DNA from: Clostridia bacterium
GTDB taxonomy: Bacteria > Bacillota > Peptococcia > DRI-13 > UBA5745
Direction of reading: 5' to 3'
DNA length: 64,000 nucleotides
Assembly: GCA_018436095.1 (NCBI GenBank)
Contig: JAHDMJ010000018.1
Span: 258,434-322,433, forward strand
Shown piece by piece: positions 37,390-46,914 of the stretch (within the stretch, counting starts at the first letter, position 1; the number at the start of each line of letters is the position of its first letter). The notes beneath the pieces are model-generated. The model was not told where the DNA came from. It saw only the letters and a list, made by a program, of their open reading frames with translations, and ran no database searches. A program made the translations under genes and the position numbers.

Positions 37390-38180
37390 GCATCAGCCTG
37401 GAAATTAAAAACCTGAGCAAGAGCTTTGGCGGTATTGTGGCGGTGGAGGATCTGACCTTCAATATCAAGTCCGGAGAGGTTATGGGCATCATCGGCCCTA
37501 ACGGCGCCGGTAAAACTACGGTATTCAACTTGATCACCGGCGTCTATCAGCCTACGAAAGGACAAATCATTTACAAGGGCAAGGACATTACCGGTCATCA
37601 GCCGGATGAGATTGTCAAGCTGGGCATCGCCCGGACCTTTCAAAACGTCCGGCTGTTTAAAAACCTCTCGGCCATGGAGAATGTGGTAACGGCTTTGGAC
37701 TTAAAGAATCCTATGTACAATTTGGCTTCAACCTTTTTCCTCAACTGGCCTTTTATTCCCGGTAAGGTCAAACGCTGCGAAAAAGAACTGCGGGAAAAGG
37801 CTTTGCATTTCCTGGATCTGGTAGGTATTGCCGATCATGCCCAGAAGCAGGCTAATGCCTTACCTTACGGCTTGCAGCGTAAGCTGGAGATTGCCAGGGC
37901 TTTGGCCCTGGAACCCGAGCTGCTGCTCCTTGATGAGCCTGCCGCCGGCATGAATCCGGAAGAATCCATGGAATTAAGCCGTCTGATCAAGGAGATCCAG
38001 CAGAAGCTTAATCTGACGGTATTTTTGATTGAGCACCATATGGATTTGGTTATGGAGATTTGCGATCATCTATATGTGATCAACTTTGGCCGGGAGCTGG
38101 CCGAGGGCAATCCCGAAGAGATTCAGGCCAATCCTGCTGTGCTGAAGGCCTACCTGGGGGAGGGACGCAAAGGTGCTTAA
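37386..38180 (+). CDS. livG: Branched-chain amino-acid ABC ATPase (LivG-like)
   Basis: GPNGAGKTT, LPYGLQRKLEIARAL, LLLLDEPAAG. Confidence 0.9.
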   Translation: MSISLEIKNLSKSFGGIVAVEDLTFNIKSGEVMGIIGPNGAGKTTVFNLITGVYQPTKGQIIYKGKDITGHQPDEIVKLGIARTFQNVRLFKNLSAMENVVTALDLKNPMYNLASTFFLNWPFIPGKVKRCEKELREKALHFLDLVGIADHAQKQANALPYGLQRKLEIARALALEPELLLLDEPAAGMNPEESMELSRLIKEIQQKLNLTVFLIEHHMDLVMEICDHLYVINFGRELAEGNPEEIQANPAVLKAYLGEGRKGA

Positions 38181-38898
38181 TATCGATCAAATCAACGTAT
38201 TTTATGGCCGTATCCATGCCCTGCGGGATGTGTCCATGGTGGTAGAGCCCGGTAAGGTGGTTTCTCTGGTAGGCGCTAACGGCGCCGGCAAATCCACGCT
38301 GATGATGACTTTGGCCGGCGTGTTGAAGTCGAAAACCGGCAGCATCACCTATGAAGGCAAACCCTTGGAGAAGGAAGCCCACCGGGTGCTGTCTCAGGGC
38401 ATCAGCCTGGTACCGGAGCGCCGCCGTCTTTATGCCAACCTCACCGTAAGAGAAAATCTGCTGATGGGCGCCCATTTGCGGCGGGATAAAGAAGGCATTC
38501 AGCAAGATATGGAGAAGATGATGAACCTTTTCCCCATCATCAGGGAGAGGGTCAAGCAATACGCCGGCACCTTATCCGGAGGTGAGCAGCAAATGGTGGC
38601 CATTGCCAGGGGCTTGATGAGCCGTCCGAAGATTCTTCTGATGGACGAACCTTCTCTGGGCTTGGCGCCTCTGATCATCCAACAGGTGTTTGATATTATT
38701 ACCGAGCTTAAATCCCAGGGCATGACGATTTTGCTGGCGGAGCAAAATGCTTTCCAGGCTCTGGAGATTTCCGATCATGCCTATGTATTGGAAACGGGCA
38801 AGATCACCCTTTCCGGCACCGGTGAGGAGCTGCTCAACGATCCCCGGGTTCAGGAAGCTTATCTGGGTGTGAAAGCCAAGACCATTGAGCAGGTGTAA
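38173..38898 (+). CDS. livF: Branched-chain amino-acid ABC ATPase (LivF-like)
   Basis: GANGAGKST, LSGGEQQMVAIARGL, LLMDEPSLGL. Confidence 0.9.
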   Translation: MLNIDQINVFYGRIHALRDVSMVVEPGKVVSLVGANGAGKSTLMMTLAGVLKSKTGSITYEGKPLEKEAHRVLSQGISLVPERRRLYANLTVRENLLMGAHLRRDKEGIQQDMEKMMNLFPIIRERVKQYAGTLSGGEQQMVAIARGLMSRPKILLMDEPSLGLAPLIIQQVFDIITELKSQGMTILLAEQNAFQALEISDHAYVLETGKITLSGTGEELLNDPRVQEAYLGVKAKTIEQV

Positions 38899-39062
38899 GA
38901 AAAGACAAAGTTGCGGAAGAGGGACCATGGGAAAAGCAAACTTAAATGCAAGGAGGTGCGGGCTTAGGAAAATCAGGGCAGGAAGGAGGGTGTAACCGGT
39001 AGGGAAATAGAGAAGTTGAAGAGCGCCCAGGGGATCTGGTATGAAAAGAAAGAGGCGAGACA

Positions 39063-42000
39063 ATGAGGAAACGTGTTAGCTTAGCGTTGATTTTGATGTT
39101 GTTGTTCTCCCTGATACCGCCCATGGCGGCGGCTGCTGCTGATGGAGCAGCAATCCAGAATGAAAGCGCGATTATGACGTTGCCTGGCGCAAAAGAATTG
39201 ACGGATCTCTACGAGTACTATCTTAAAGAGGAAAACACCTATAAAAACCTTGATTATGGGGAACTGGATGTGCGGGCTTTCCGCCAGGACACCATGGAGC
39301 CTCTGATCCTGCAGTGGGCGGATCATGAGGATTTTGAAGTGGAAGTGGTGGGCCGCTCCACCAATGGCCTGCCCATTTATTTGATCAGTTATGGGCATGG
39401 CGCGACTCCCGTGTTTCTGTGGTCTCAGATGCACGGGAATGAAGCTTCCGCTACCCGGGCGCTGTTTACTTTGTTCGAGTTTCTGGCCGATGACGGCGGG
39501 CAAAACGACGAGTTGCGGCAGACAATCAAGGAAAACCTAGCCCTGTATTTCATTCCCATGGTCAATCCCGACGGAGCCAATATCTATCAGCGGCGCAACG
39601 CCAATGATTTGGATATCAACCGCTACGCCGGTGATACCCGTCCCCCCAGTGTTTCTGATAATGATTTTGACGACTGGCCCGATGATTTTGAAGATCTTCC
39701 GGATCCGGTGGAAGCCGAGATCCTTTGGGAAGTCCGCAACCGGGTCCACCCTAACGCTAAAGATGTAAAATTCGGTTTTAACCTCCACGATCAAGGGGAA
39801 TATACCTCGGTGGGAAGCGGCGGCGAGAAGCTGGCCACCTTGTCTTTCCTGGCGCCGGCCATTGATGGAGGAGCCGGTAATATAACCGGGTTCTATGAAG
39901 AACAGATAGAGAAACAAGCGGCAAGAAGGACGATTAACCAGACCAGGGCTAACGCCATGGCGGTGATCACCGGCATCAACGAGATGCTGCAGGAAGACGA
40001 AGGGATTCCCGGTCAGGTAGGCCGTTACGGCGACGATTTTGGCGAACGCTATTTCGGCGATACCTTCACCATGGCGGGAACCAGCGTCATCCTCATCGAG
40101 ACTGCCGGTTACGCCAATGACGAGGAAAAACAGACCCAAAGACAGTTAAACTTCATGGCCATATTGCGGGGTCTGGCGGAAATGGCCACCGGCAACTATG
40201 AAACCTATTACGAAAAAAGATCACCGGGAGAAAACTATACGGTACCTGATTTTGAAGAGTATTTCAATATTCCTGACTGTGGTTCCGCCAGCCATGCCGA
40301 ATTGGCCCTCAACGGCGTAAAGATTGAAGGCCAGGGAGAGACGGCCTACAATATGTTGATCCGGCGTCAAGTGAGCCTGGATACCCAAGGTTTTGTTTAC
40401 GCCAATGATCTCGATCCCGATACTAACGAGTATCCGGATATCGACTGGTATGCCCGGGGCCATATTTTTAAGGTAGAGCAAAGTTCAGGCTCCTCACCTT
40501 TTGGCAATGAGCAGTTTGCTGCCGGCGGTTATACGGCGGTGCCAGGTAAGGAAGCAGCTATCACATGTTTATATGAAGAGTCCGATTCCTTGAACCAATC
40601 TTCAGCAACACAATACTTGCATGGCTACAATTACTTGACGATAGGGGATATCACGCTGGATGATGCCTTGCGGCATCTGCGAGCCGGGGAAATTGTAGTC
40701 CGGGTAAAGGAAGTGCCGGATGATATCCGGGAGCAAATCCATGGTCTGCCCTTGCTGATCCTGGGACCCAATGTGCCCGCCGATAAGATCACAGACTTGG
40801 ATTTGACAAAGGAGGGCGGCGCCGGAAGTACTCCTTTATCAACGACTTCCCCGGCCTATTTCCTGCTCAAAAACAGCAGTGATAAAGTTGAATATGCCGT
40901 GGTCAATGGATATTTAGTTGACGTAGCAGACGGCAAAGTCGTTTCCACAAACGGTATTCCCCTGAAGATGAAAAACTTTGCTTTTTTTGGGGAAGTACCG
41001 GATATCCATATGCGATTCTGGAATCCTATCGCCAAGAGTGCTTCAGATCCCCTTGGTGGCCGCAATCGTACGGCGATGCAACTCCATAAGCATTTCCGAG
41101 TTGCTGAGATGAGGGTAGGAGACAGCAAAACCTTTCTCCTTGATCCCGGCGACATCGATAATGTTGGCGGCGGCAGCCAGGTGAATGACGGGGCCACCGG
41201 CGTAACGGTTAGTAGTAAGCATCCGACCATCGCTAGCGTAGCAGTGAAACAATATCATGAATTATTTAAGCAAGAAACAGTGGCTGTACCAAATCCGGAG
41301 CGGGCTTGGCAGGAATTGACCATTACCGGTGTGGCGCCCGGCACCACAGAAGTGGCAGTGACCTGGGAAGGCGGTTTACGGCATGGCAAAACGGACGTCA
41401 TCACCGTCACCGTAACGCCGAAGGCGGGGGCAGGGGATAATGTTTTGTTGGCTATCAACCAACCCCAACCCTTGACCTTTGCTGCAGGATTGGCTAAAGA
41501 CGACTTTGCGAAGCTGTTGCCCAAAGTAAATCTGGCTACACTCCGAGGCAATGTTCTGGCGGATGTGGATTGGGAGCTTTCATCATATAATCCCGGCAAT
41601 GTCGATCAATCGTTTACTATTTCCGGGACTATTGACTTGAGCAGCTTTCAGAATCCCCAGGGATTGTCCGGCAGGGTTAAGATAGGCGTTAAGCTTAAGG
41701 CATCGAACAACAATCTTCCTGATGCAGAAGAATTGGAAGGTTTGTACAAACACTATTATTTGGACAATAAAGACTTGGATGTACGGGCTTTCCGTCATGA
41801 TGTCATTGTGCCCTTGATGCTGGATTTGGCCAAGAACGACGGCTTTGAGATCAAAGAGGTGGGACGTTCCACCAACGGTCTCCCTATGTATTTGCTGAAG
41901 TATGGCCAAGGCGATATCCCTGTCTTTCTCTGGTCTCAAATGCACGGCAACGAGGCTTCCGCTACTCGGGGCCTATTTACCTTGTTTGAATTCCTGCGCA

Positions 42001-44312
42001 GTAATGATGAGCCGGGAAGGGCGCTGCGGGAGACTATCCGGGAAAACCTTACCCTGTATTTCCTGCCCATCGCCAATCCCGACGGAGCTAATCTGTATCA
42101 GCGGCGCAATGCCCATGATTTGGACTTAAACCGCTATGCCGGCAACACCCATCCTACAAATCCCATTGAATTCTGGTGGAGATTTGACCAGTTGCCGGAT
42201 CCGGCGGAAGCCTACGTCCTTTGGAAAGTACGCAACGAGATTCATCCCGATAGCGCACCGGTGAAGTTTGGCTTCAACCTCCATGATCAAAATGAGTATA
42301 CAGCAGCGGGAAGGGGAACGGGCAATCTGGCCATCATCTCCCTTTTGTCCCCGGCCATTGATGGAGGCCCCGGCAATGTAACCGGCAGTTATGAAGAGTT
42401 GTTGCAAAAACACAGGAGAACCATCGATCAGACCAGGGCCAACGCCATGTCTGTGATCACCGGTATGAACAGGATGCTGCAAGAAGTTATTCCCGATCAG
42501 GTAGGCCGCTATGGCGACGACTTTGGGCGGAAATATTTCGGCGATTCCTTCACTGCGGAAGGTACCAGCGTCATCCTGATCGAAAGCGGCGGCTCCGTCA
42601 ATGACGAGGAAAAGCTGCTCCATCGCAAGCTAAACTTCATGGCGATTTTACGGGGCCTGATGGAAATGGCCACCGGCAACTATGAAAATTACTATGAACC
42701 AAAGGAAAGAGAAAGATACCAGGTATCAGACTTGGCCGAATATTTCCATATGCCTGACTGTATGAGCGATCCCCATGCGGATCTGGCTCTTCAAAATGTA
42801 AAAATTCAAGGGCAATCCGGCACTTACAATATGTTGATCCGCCGCAATGTGACTCTGGACGGACAAGGTTATGTTTTTGCCAATGATCTTAAGGCCAACG
42901 GATACCGGGATATCGATTGGTATGCCCGAGGCCATATTTACAGGGCAGCGCTGAATACAGATGCTACGTTGTTTGGAAACGAGAAGTTTAATGCCGGTGC
43001 CAGGAACCTGACGGCAGTACCGGGAAAAGTCTCTGACACCGTATATAAAACCATGGCGGAGATCACTTTGGCCAAGGCTATCGCCCATCTGCAAGCCGGA
43101 GAAATCGCCGTGCGGGTGCAGAATATGCCGGAGGATATCCGGGATTGTATCCATGATCTGCCTCTGGTGATCATCGGGCCCAATGTTCCCGCAGTGAGGA
43201 TCGAGACGCTGCATTTACCGACTAGTGATGGCGATTTCTCGACTACTGCTACCGGTAGTGCCGGCAACACCGGCACCACCTTGCTGGAGGGCAACCCGGC
43301 TAACTTCTTCCTGGAAGATAGCGACGGCAACAAAACCCATGCCGTGATCAACGGTTATCTCGTCAGCGTGGCTGACGGCAAGCCGGTTTGGGATCCTGAG
43401 TCAAGACCCGCCGACCAGCTGCCGAAATTAGAGGCTGGATCCTTGAACATGAAGAACTTCGCCTACTTCGGCGAAGTACCGGACATACACCTGCGCTTCA
43501 TGCAGACCTCAGAAAATGTAGGCTTATTAGACCCCGAACGCAAGCCCGCCGATGCCCTAAGCTTTGCCAGCATGCAGACCCAGAAGCATGTCCGCATTGC
43601 CGAGATGCCCGCCGGAGAATCCAGGGTGCTGTATCTGGATCCCGGTGATGCGGCAAGCGGTGATGGCGCCGCTTCCGTATCGGTGCGCAGCCGCAACACT
43701 AATTATGCCACGGTGAAGTTAACTGATTGCACGGATAAAAATGAGCCCACTGCTGTACCTAATTCTTCACGGCATTGGCAGAAGCTGGAGATCACCGGTG
43801 TAAGGGCAGGCACCACGGAAGTGGAAGTGACCTGGGCCGGCGGCCTGCGGGATGGCCAAACGGACATCATCACTGTTACCGTTAATCCCGGCAAAGTTCT
43901 GCCTCCTTCCAATTCTGAAGCCAACGGACTCAGTATCTATGGCGTGATGATTTCCGATAAAGCCGTGGAAATTGTGACCGCCATTGGTCAAACCGGTTAT
44001 ACGGTTAACGGGCAGGCCAGGACTAGTGATGTAGCCCCAGTGATCGTCAACGATTTCACAATGGTGCCCTTGCGGTTTGTTTCCGAAGCTATGGGTGCCG
44101 TGGTGACTTGGGATGGCGCCAATCAAACCGTACGGCTTCAATTTGAAGACAAGACCCATGTTCTGGCTATCGGCCAGAAGGCAGGAGAAATGGCTATTGC
44201 CCCCACAATTATCAATAACCGCACAATGGTGCCTTTACGCTACCTAGGCGATTTGATGGATTTGCAAGTAATCTGGAATCCTGCCAATTCTACCGTAACG
44301 CTAAAGAAGTAA
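39063..44312 (+). CDS. Secreted 1749-aa protein: two tandem modules (M14 zinc carboxypeptidase + unknown domain + Ig-like Big_2-type domain) and a C-terminal Cu-amine-oxidase-N (stalk) domain
   Basis: Signal peptide (LIPPMAAAAA). M14 motifs occur twice: WSQMHGNEASATR, NPDGAN.YQRRNA.DLD.NRY, FGFNLHDQ, TSVILIE(T/S). Ig-like VTW.GGLR.G.TD(V/I)ITVTV occurs twice. C-terminus has MVPLRFVSEAMGA.VTWD and MVPLRYLGDLM. Confidence 0.85.
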   Translation: MRKRVSLALILMLLFSLIPPMAAAAADGAAIQNESAIMTLPGAKELTDLYEYYLKEENTYKNLDYGELDVRAFRQDTMEPLILQWADHEDFEVEVVGRSTNGLPIYLISYGHGATPVFLWSQMHGNEASATRALFTLFEFLADDGGQNDELRQTIKENLALYFIPMVNPDGANIYQRRNANDLDINRYAGDTRPPSVSDNDFDDWPDDFEDLPDPVEAEILWEVRNRVHPNAKDVKFGFNLHDQGEYTSVGSGGEKLATLSFLAPAIDGGAGNITGFYEEQIEKQAARRTINQTRANAMAVITGINEMLQEDEGIPGQVGRYGDDFGERYFGDTFTMAGTSVILIETAGYANDEEKQTQRQLNFMAILRGLAEMATGNYETYYEKRSPGENYTVPDFEEYFNIPDCGSASHAELALNGVKIEGQGETAYNMLIRRQVSLDTQGFVYANDLDPDTNEYPDIDWYARGHIFKVEQSSGSSPFGNEQFAAGGYTAVPGKEAAITCLYEESDSLNQSSATQYLHGYNYLTIGDITLDDALRHLRAGEIVVRVKEVPDDIREQIHGLPLLILGPNVPADKITDLDLTKEGGAGSTPLSTTSPAYFLLKNSSDKVEYAVVNGYLVDVADGKVVSTNGIPLKMKNFAFFGEVPDIHMRFWNPIAKSASDPLGGRNRTAMQLHKHFRVAEMRVGDSKTFLLDPGDIDNVGGGSQVNDGATGVTVSSKHPTIASVAVKQYHELFKQETVAVPNPERAWQELTITGVAPGTTEVAVTWEGGLRHGKTDVITVTVTPKAGAGDNVLLAINQPQPLTFAAGLAKDDFAKLLPKVNLATLRGNVLADVDWELSSYNPGNVDQSFTISGTIDLSSFQNPQGLSGRVKIGVKLKASNNNLPDAEELEGLYKHYYLDNKDLDVRAFRHDVIVPLMLDLAKNDGFEIKEVGRSTNGLPMYLLKYGQGDIPVFLWSQMHGNEASATRGLFTLFEFLRSNDEPGRALRETIRENLTLYFLPIANPDGANLYQRRNAHDLDLNRYAGNTHPTNPIEFWWRFDQLPDPAEAYVLWKVRNEIHPDSAPVKFGFNLHDQNEYTAAGRGTGNLAIISLLSPAIDGGPGNVTGSYEELLQKHRRTIDQTRANAMSVITGMNRMLQEVIPDQVGRYGDDFGRKYFGDSFTAEGTSVILIESGGSVNDEEKLLHRKLNFMAILRGLMEMATGNYENYYEPKERERYQVSDLAEYFHMPDCMSDPHADLALQNVKIQGQSGTYNMLIRRNVTLDGQGYVFANDLKANGYRDIDWYARGHIYRAALNTDATLFGNEKFNAGARNLTAVPGKVSDTVYKTMAEITLAKAIAHLQAGEIAVRVQNMPEDIRDCIHDLPLVIIGPNVPAVRIETLHLPTSDGDFSTTATGSAGNTGTTLLEGNPANFFLEDSDGNKTHAVINGYLVSVADGKPVWDPESRPADQLPKLEAGSLNMKNFAYFGEVPDIHLRFMQTSENVGLLDPERKPADALSFASMQTQKHVRIAEMPAGESRVLYLDPGDAASGDGAASVSVRSRNTNYATVKLTDCTDKNEPTAVPNSSRHWQKLEITGVRAGTTEVEVTWAGGLRDGQTDIITVTVNPGKVLPPSNSEANGLSIYGVMISDKAVEIVTAIGQTGYTVNGQARTSDVAPVIVNDFTMVPLRFVSEAMGAVVTWDGANQTVRLQFEDKTHVLAIGQKAGEMAIAPTIINNRTMVPLRYLGDLMDLQVIWNPANSTVTLKK
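39189..43900 (+). repeat. Intragenic tandem duplication of a ~2.5-kb (837-codon) module
   Basis: The WSQMHGNEASATR codons occur at 39429 and 41940, an offset of 2511 nt. The protein modules are collinear through the M14 domain, the middle domain and the Ig-like domain. The DNA is diverged in the one ~75-nt stretch I compared by eye. Confidence 0.85.
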
Positions 44313-44363
44313 TCAACCATATAAGGCAGATCCTTTGTACATCATTTAAGAAGTGATGCGTTA

Positions 44364-44417
44364 CCCCCAGATAAGACAGTGAAATAAAAAACATTGTTTT
44401 GTCTGGGGGCTGTTTTA
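44364..44417 (+). terminator. Terminator after the 1749-aa gene
   Basis: CCCCCAGATAAGACA / TGTTTTGTCTGGGGG (13/15 paired), then CTGTTTT. Confidence 0.65.
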
Positions 44418-44540
44418 AAAGGCGGCGGGCAGAGAGGTTGTGCTGGAAGCAGAGGTTGCACTGGAATCAGAGTTAGCTTAGTTTAGGCTTTAGTTTAAGT
44501 GCACAAAAAACGAGGTAGTGCATTAAACAAAAGGTGGTTT

Positions 44541-44644
44541 ATACAAAATTCAGGATTACTATACAACGTATTCACATATTCACTCAAAAACCTGCATATA
44601 TTGCGGCGATTCTGCTGCACAAACTCAAATTTTGAGCAGTTAGC
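44541..44644. repeat. Dispersed repeat family, locus 3 (one degenerate forward and two reverse cores)
   Basis: ATACAAAATTCAGGATTACT (44541-44560), CAAAAACCTGCATATATTGCGG (44585-44606) and CACAAACTCAAATTTTGAGCAGTTAGC (44618-44644). Confidence 0.65.
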
Positions 44645-44716
44645 CGCTGTTTCCCGGCTTTTCGGCAAAGCTTCCCGGCAAAGCTGCAACTGACTCTTTT
44701 GTTGCCGGCAATTATT

Positions 44717-44725
44717 TGCTATAAT
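44717..44725 (+). promoter_or_regulatory. Extended -10 (TGCTATAAT) upstream of dapF
   Basis: TGnTATAAT lies 37 nt upstream of the ATG at 44762. The -35 is weak (TTGTTG at 15-nt spacing). Confidence 0.4.
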
Positions 44726-44761
44726 AAGCTAATTGAATACATAGTGAGAGGATTGGTGCCC

Positions 44762-45634
44762 ATGATCCAGTTTGCCAAACTCCATGGGGCAGGCAATGAT
44801 TTTTCTTTATTCGACGGGATAAACCAGGAGCTGCCGGATTACAGCGCTTTGGCCAAAGTTGTTTGTGACCGTCACTTTGGCGTCGGCGGCGACGGTATCA
44901 TGGTAGCATTGCCAAGCCAGGTTGCCGACATCAAGATGGTCTATTATAATTCCGACGGCTCCAAGGGCGAAATGTGCGGCAACGGCAGCCGCTGCTTTGC
45001 CAAATTTGTGTACGAAAAGGGCTTGGTAGATAAGCCTGTATTTGATGTGGAGACTTCCGACGGCACAAAGACTATTAAGCTGCAGTTGGATCAACAGGGC
45101 AAGGTAGATAGGATTACAGTAGCCATCGGCCGGCCTCAGTTTGACAGCAAAAAAGTACCCACAACGCTCCTGGGGGATCCGGTAATGCTGGAGCCTCTGG
45201 AAGTAAACGGCCAGTTGCTGATGGTGACGGTTATGCGGCTGGGCGTACCCCATTGCGTAATTGTGGTGGATGATCTGGATAATTTTGATATAGATGATTT
45301 AGGCAGCCGGATGGAATGGCATCCGGCATTTCCCGAGGGAATGAATATCAATTTCATTCAGGTAATGAGCCGCAGCCATATTAAAATCAAAACCTGGGAG
45401 CGGGGAGCCCACCACACCCTGGCTTGCGGTACCGGTAGCTGCGCTTCCGTGGTGGCCGGCAACCTCCTGGGCCTTCTTGATCCTCAGGTTCAGGTAACGG
45501 CGGAAGGCGGTATTTTGCAGATCAGCGTCAGCCCCGAGTATGACGTGATCATGGAAGGCCAAGCCGAGTTTATCTGTGAAGGGGAATACAGCCCTTGGAT
45601 CATGGCGCAGATAGAGAAGGCTCAGCAGAAATAA
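44762..45634 (+). CDS. dapF: Diaminopimelate epimerase
   Basis: FAKLHGAGNDF, catalytic Cys contexts GSKGEMCGNG and TLACGTGS. ATG at 44762. Confidence 0.9.
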   Translation: MIQFAKLHGAGNDFSLFDGINQELPDYSALAKVVCDRHFGVGGDGIMVALPSQVADIKMVYYNSDGSKGEMCGNGSRCFAKFVYEKGLVDKPVFDVETSDGTKTIKLQLDQQGKVDRITVAIGRPQFDSKKVPTTLLGDPVMLEPLEVNGQLLMVTVMRLGVPHCVIVVDDLDNFDIDDLGSRMEWHPAFPEGMNINFIQVMSRSHIKIKTWERGAHHTLACGTGSCASVVAGNLLGLLDPQVQVTAEGGILQISVSPEYDVIMEGQAEFICEGEYSPWIMAQIEKAQQK

Positions 45635-45712
45635 GCAGGCCTGCAAAAGGCAGGTGCAGAGTACAGGAAGAGCATAAGAAGGCATAGAAGAAAGGGGTCT
45701 TTGGTGGCGGAT

Positions 45713-45738
45713 AGGCCTTCTGCCGAAGGCCTCTTTTT
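45713..45738 (+). terminator. Terminator after dapF
   Basis: AGGCCTTC-TGCC-GAAGGCCT, then CTTTTT. Confidence 0.8.
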
Positions 45739-45768
45739 GCTATAAAGGCAGAGGGAAGGAGCAGGGAT

Positions 45769-46791
45769 ATGAGGTATATTGATCTAAGAAGCGATACGGT
45801 GACCCAGCCTACCCGGGAGATGCGGGAGGCCATGTATAATGCGGTGGTGGGCGATGATGTATATGGGGATGACCCTACGGTAAACCGGTTGGAGAAGATG
45901 GCAGCGGATATGCTGGGCAAAGAGGCGGCTTTGTTTCTGCCCTCGGGTACCATGGCCAATCAGATAGGCGTAATGTGCCATACCAGCCGGGGGGATGAGG
46001 TGATCCTCAGCGGTGACTGCCATATTTTTATTCATGAGGTGGGAGGGGTAGCGGTATTGTCCGGCGCCAATCTAAGGCCTTTATCTTTTCCCCGGGGAAT
46101 ATATGATCCGGTTATGATCGAGAAGGCTATCCGCCCGGCGGATATCCACCAGCCCCGGACAGCTCTCATTTGCCTGGAGAATGCCTTGAGCAACGGCAGA
46201 GTCGTTCCCATAGAGATAATGGCGGCAGTTTATAACCTGGCAAAGCAGAAGGATATTGCTGTTCATCTTGACGGGGCCCGGCTGTTTAACGCAGCAATTG
46301 CCCTGGGAGTTGACGTCAGGGAAATCAGCAAAAACTGCGATACCTTGTCTTGCTGCTTGTCAAAAGGGCTGGCTGCCCCGGTAGGCTCTTTGCTGGCCGG
46401 CGATGCAGCGACGATAGAAAGAGCCAGAAAATACCGTAAAATGCTGGGGGGCGGTATGCGCCAATGCGGTGTTTTGGCGGCTGCCGGTATCATCGCTTTA
46501 GAAGAAATGGTCAAGAGATTGCCGGAAGACCATGACAATGCCAAATATCTGGCCAAGAGGCTGGCTGAATTGGCAGGAGTTGAAATGGAGGAAGACTCCC
46601 CGCAAATCAATATGGTGTTTTTCAAGCTGCACCGCACTTCTGAGTTTATCGAAACCCTGCCGGCCAAGCTGCTGGAAAAGGGTATTAAAATCAATGAGGC
46701 CGGCCAGCGGGGCTTTCGTTTGGTGACCTCCAATGAAGTATGCCGGGAGGATATCGATTATTTCATAGAGGCTTTAAACGATCTTTGCTGA
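45769..46791 (+). CDS. ltaE: Low-specificity L-threonine aldolase (PLP-dependent)
   Basis: [23 protein letters not shown], and the PLP-lysine context [12 protein letters not shown]. Confidence 0.85.
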   Translation: MRYIDLRSDTVTQPTREMREAMYNAVVGDDVYGDDPTVNRLEKMAADMLGKEAALFLPSGTMANQIGVMCHTSRGDEVILSGDCHIFIHEVGGVAVLSGANLRPLSFPRGIYDPVMIEKAIRPADIHQPRTALICLENALSNGRVVPIEIMAAVYNLAKQKDIAVHLDGARLFNAAIALGVDVREISKNCDTLSCCLSKGLAAPVGSLLAGDAATIERARKYRKMLGGGMRQCGVLAAAGIIALEEMVKRLPEDHDNAKYLAKRLAELAGVEMEEDSPQINMVFFKLHRTSEFIETLPAKLLEKGIKINEAGQRGFRLVTSNEVCREDIDYFIEALNDLC

Positions 46792-46914
46792 TGGGCTCTT
46801 GGTAGGTCGTCTTCCAGCATTTGTTGAAGCTTACCGAATTTCGTGATAAAATAGGCCGGTGAAATCAGTTGCCGGAAAGCTGCCGCTGAAGAATATTTAG
46901 GATGAGAGGGAGCT

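Noticed and set aside
39081-44159. Many minus-strand ORFs (71-200 aa) inside the 1749-aa gene
   Set aside because: They are antisense shadows that recur at equivalent positions in both duplicated modules, as expected from the sense-strand codon structure.
44495-44693. Two 64-aa ORFs on opposite strands of the same DNA
   Set aside because: They mirror each other across the locus-3 repeats and have no RBS. This is typical of chance ORFs in AT-rich non-coding sequence.
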